A stretch of 60,872 nt of DNA, filler included, from Sphacelaria rigidula (Eukaryota), in NCBI GenBank assembly GCA_964200075.2. It is 6 parts of 6 records of this genome, joined end to end, with 100 filler letters (N's around TTAATTAATTAA, not from the genome) between each part and the next. Parts side by side here need not be neighbours in the genome. Positions count along the whole stretch, not along the records: positions 50,812 to 60,872 come from CAXNAA020007228.1; 5 more parts are not named here. One strand, written 5' to 3'. The notes beneath the pieces were generated by a model. The model searched no databases and was not told where the DNA came from. It saw only the letters and a list, made by a program, of their open reading frames with translations. Shown in pieces: positions 59,462 through 60,872 of the stretch (positions are counted from its first letter, which is position 1; each line of letters opens with the position of its first letter). Made by a program: the position numbers and the translations under genes.

Positions 59462-60800
59462 CATGATTGATTCTTGATTATTTGATTGATTGCCGCACTT
59501 CAACTCCCACCCATGGGATTCAGCCGTGGTCACATGATAGACGTACCCAAGAAAAAAACGATACAGAAAAAAGACTCGCTGAAGAATAAGGAATAGAAAA
59601 AAGTCGAACAGAACGATATAGTATACCAAGACGTGGAGAAAAAAAAAAGTGAAAAAAAAAGTAAGTGAAAAAAAAAAAGTCAAGGAAAGCAAAGCACAGA
59701 AAGAAATGGTATATCTAAGGAGAAAAAAAAACGGAACAAGCCCTAGGGTTTCAGGGAAGCAGAGTATATACAGACACACACCAATGGGCACCGCAGAGCC
59801 CACGACTAAGGATATAATCAACCGATATGGGCAGACAGGATTCTTCGATTGGCGGCCCTCGACGCAGCAGCCTCTCGCTTGTGACGGCGGTCTGATTCTC
59901 GCTTGTCCGCGCGTCGCCACGTGTCCTCAAACTCTTCCGCTCCTTTTTCGATTCCAATATGCCATTCGCCCATTTTCTTCGCCGCAGTGACCCAATCGTC
60001 TGCATCGTAAACCTCTACACCGTAGACGAACCACTTTCGTCGGGCTCCTTTGTGCGGGACAGCCCCGAGGGCACGTGGGTTTTCCCGGAGGTTATCTTCC
60101 CATTGCTTGGGGGGGGGGGCGGCCGGCCTCCTGGGGCCTTCGTGTGACCAACCGACCCTTCATGACGAGCTTAGGAAGGCGTGTGTCCTTCTGCCGGACA
60201 AGGGCTCCCGCGAACCAGCGTTTACGCTTGCGAAATGTCATCTTGAGATGTTCGCAGTTGGGCATCTCGAGCACCTCTACGTACGAAAGAGTCTTATAGC
60301 CATTTCGATCTTGCCTGCGGAATCCAACCACTCGCAGCAAGAGCTTGTGATGGGCAGTCCGCAGACTGTCGAAGTCCTCAGAACGTAGCTTCCATGTGGC
60401 ACATCCATACAACAGAGCTCCTACCACCTCCGCTTCAAGCAGTCAAACTTTCAAGGATAGCTCGGCGTTGAGTCGGTCGTGGAGTTGGGCGGTACATTTT
60501 CGGATACGCACCCACGCCGCGCTGTTACGGCATTTGATTTCGGTGGACATTTCGCATCCGCGCAGATAGCCCCACCAAGGTAGATAAACTCTCCCATCTG
60601 CTTATACCGGGGACCGGCAGCTTTGATATCCAGGGTGGCCTCAGTGGGACTGGGCACTGACCAAAGGCGCATGGACTCTGTCTCGCTCTCGGAGACCATC
60701 AGGCCGAATTCCTGGCAGGTCAACACTATCACGGCCATCATTCGAGCAAGGCCTTCTGAGGTCTTCGAGGCTTTGCCGGTGCCGTCCGCATAAAGCATTC
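59462..60800 (-). mobile_element. 5'-truncated RTE-type LINE
   Basis: MLYADG (degenerate YADD), FGLMVS, EFIYLGG, LLYGCATW, RKRWFAGALVRQKDTRLPK. T-rich 3' UTR and (ATCA)n tail at about 59465-59492. Confidence 0.92.
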
Positions 60801-60872
60801 ATACGTCGGACGAGCACGAGTGGCACTCGTGGCACTCGTGCTCATTGGGCTGCTCGTTGGCCAAAAAATTAA

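Overview
Eukaryotic nuclear DNA with intron-rich genes, about 50% GC and dense repeats. It is most likely a brown alga or other stramenopile, which is an inference from gene style and repeat types. The window is NOT one locus. It is six unrelated scaffolds of 10063, 10063, 10062, 10062, 10061 and 10061 bp, sorted by length and joined by an artificial 100-bp linker (44 N + TTAATTAATTAA + 44 N), so adjacency across linkers has no biological meaning. Supported host genes are a calcium-dependent protein kinase (8 phase-consistent exons, 40947-50269, minus, both ends missing), an R3H + SUZ + SUZ-C RNA-binding protein with a Gln-rich tail (about 22216-29919, minus, 5' end missing), a spliced unknown gene (52722-56758, minus), a lone PPR exon and a decayed TPR gene. 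Mobile DNA includes two RTE-type LINE relics, a pogo-type transposase relic, two complete non-autonomous hAT elements with 8-bp TSDs (one holding nested elements), several TA-flanked Tc1/mariner MITEs, foldback palindromes and tRNA-derived SINEs. The best candidates for something undescribed are a decayed Ulp1-like protease plus Cys-rich coding region (about 31.2-35.9 kb), a pair of 42-bp repeat arrays bracketing exon-like pieces, and a head-to-head SINE hairpin. I found no CRISPR array, rRNA or intact tRNA.
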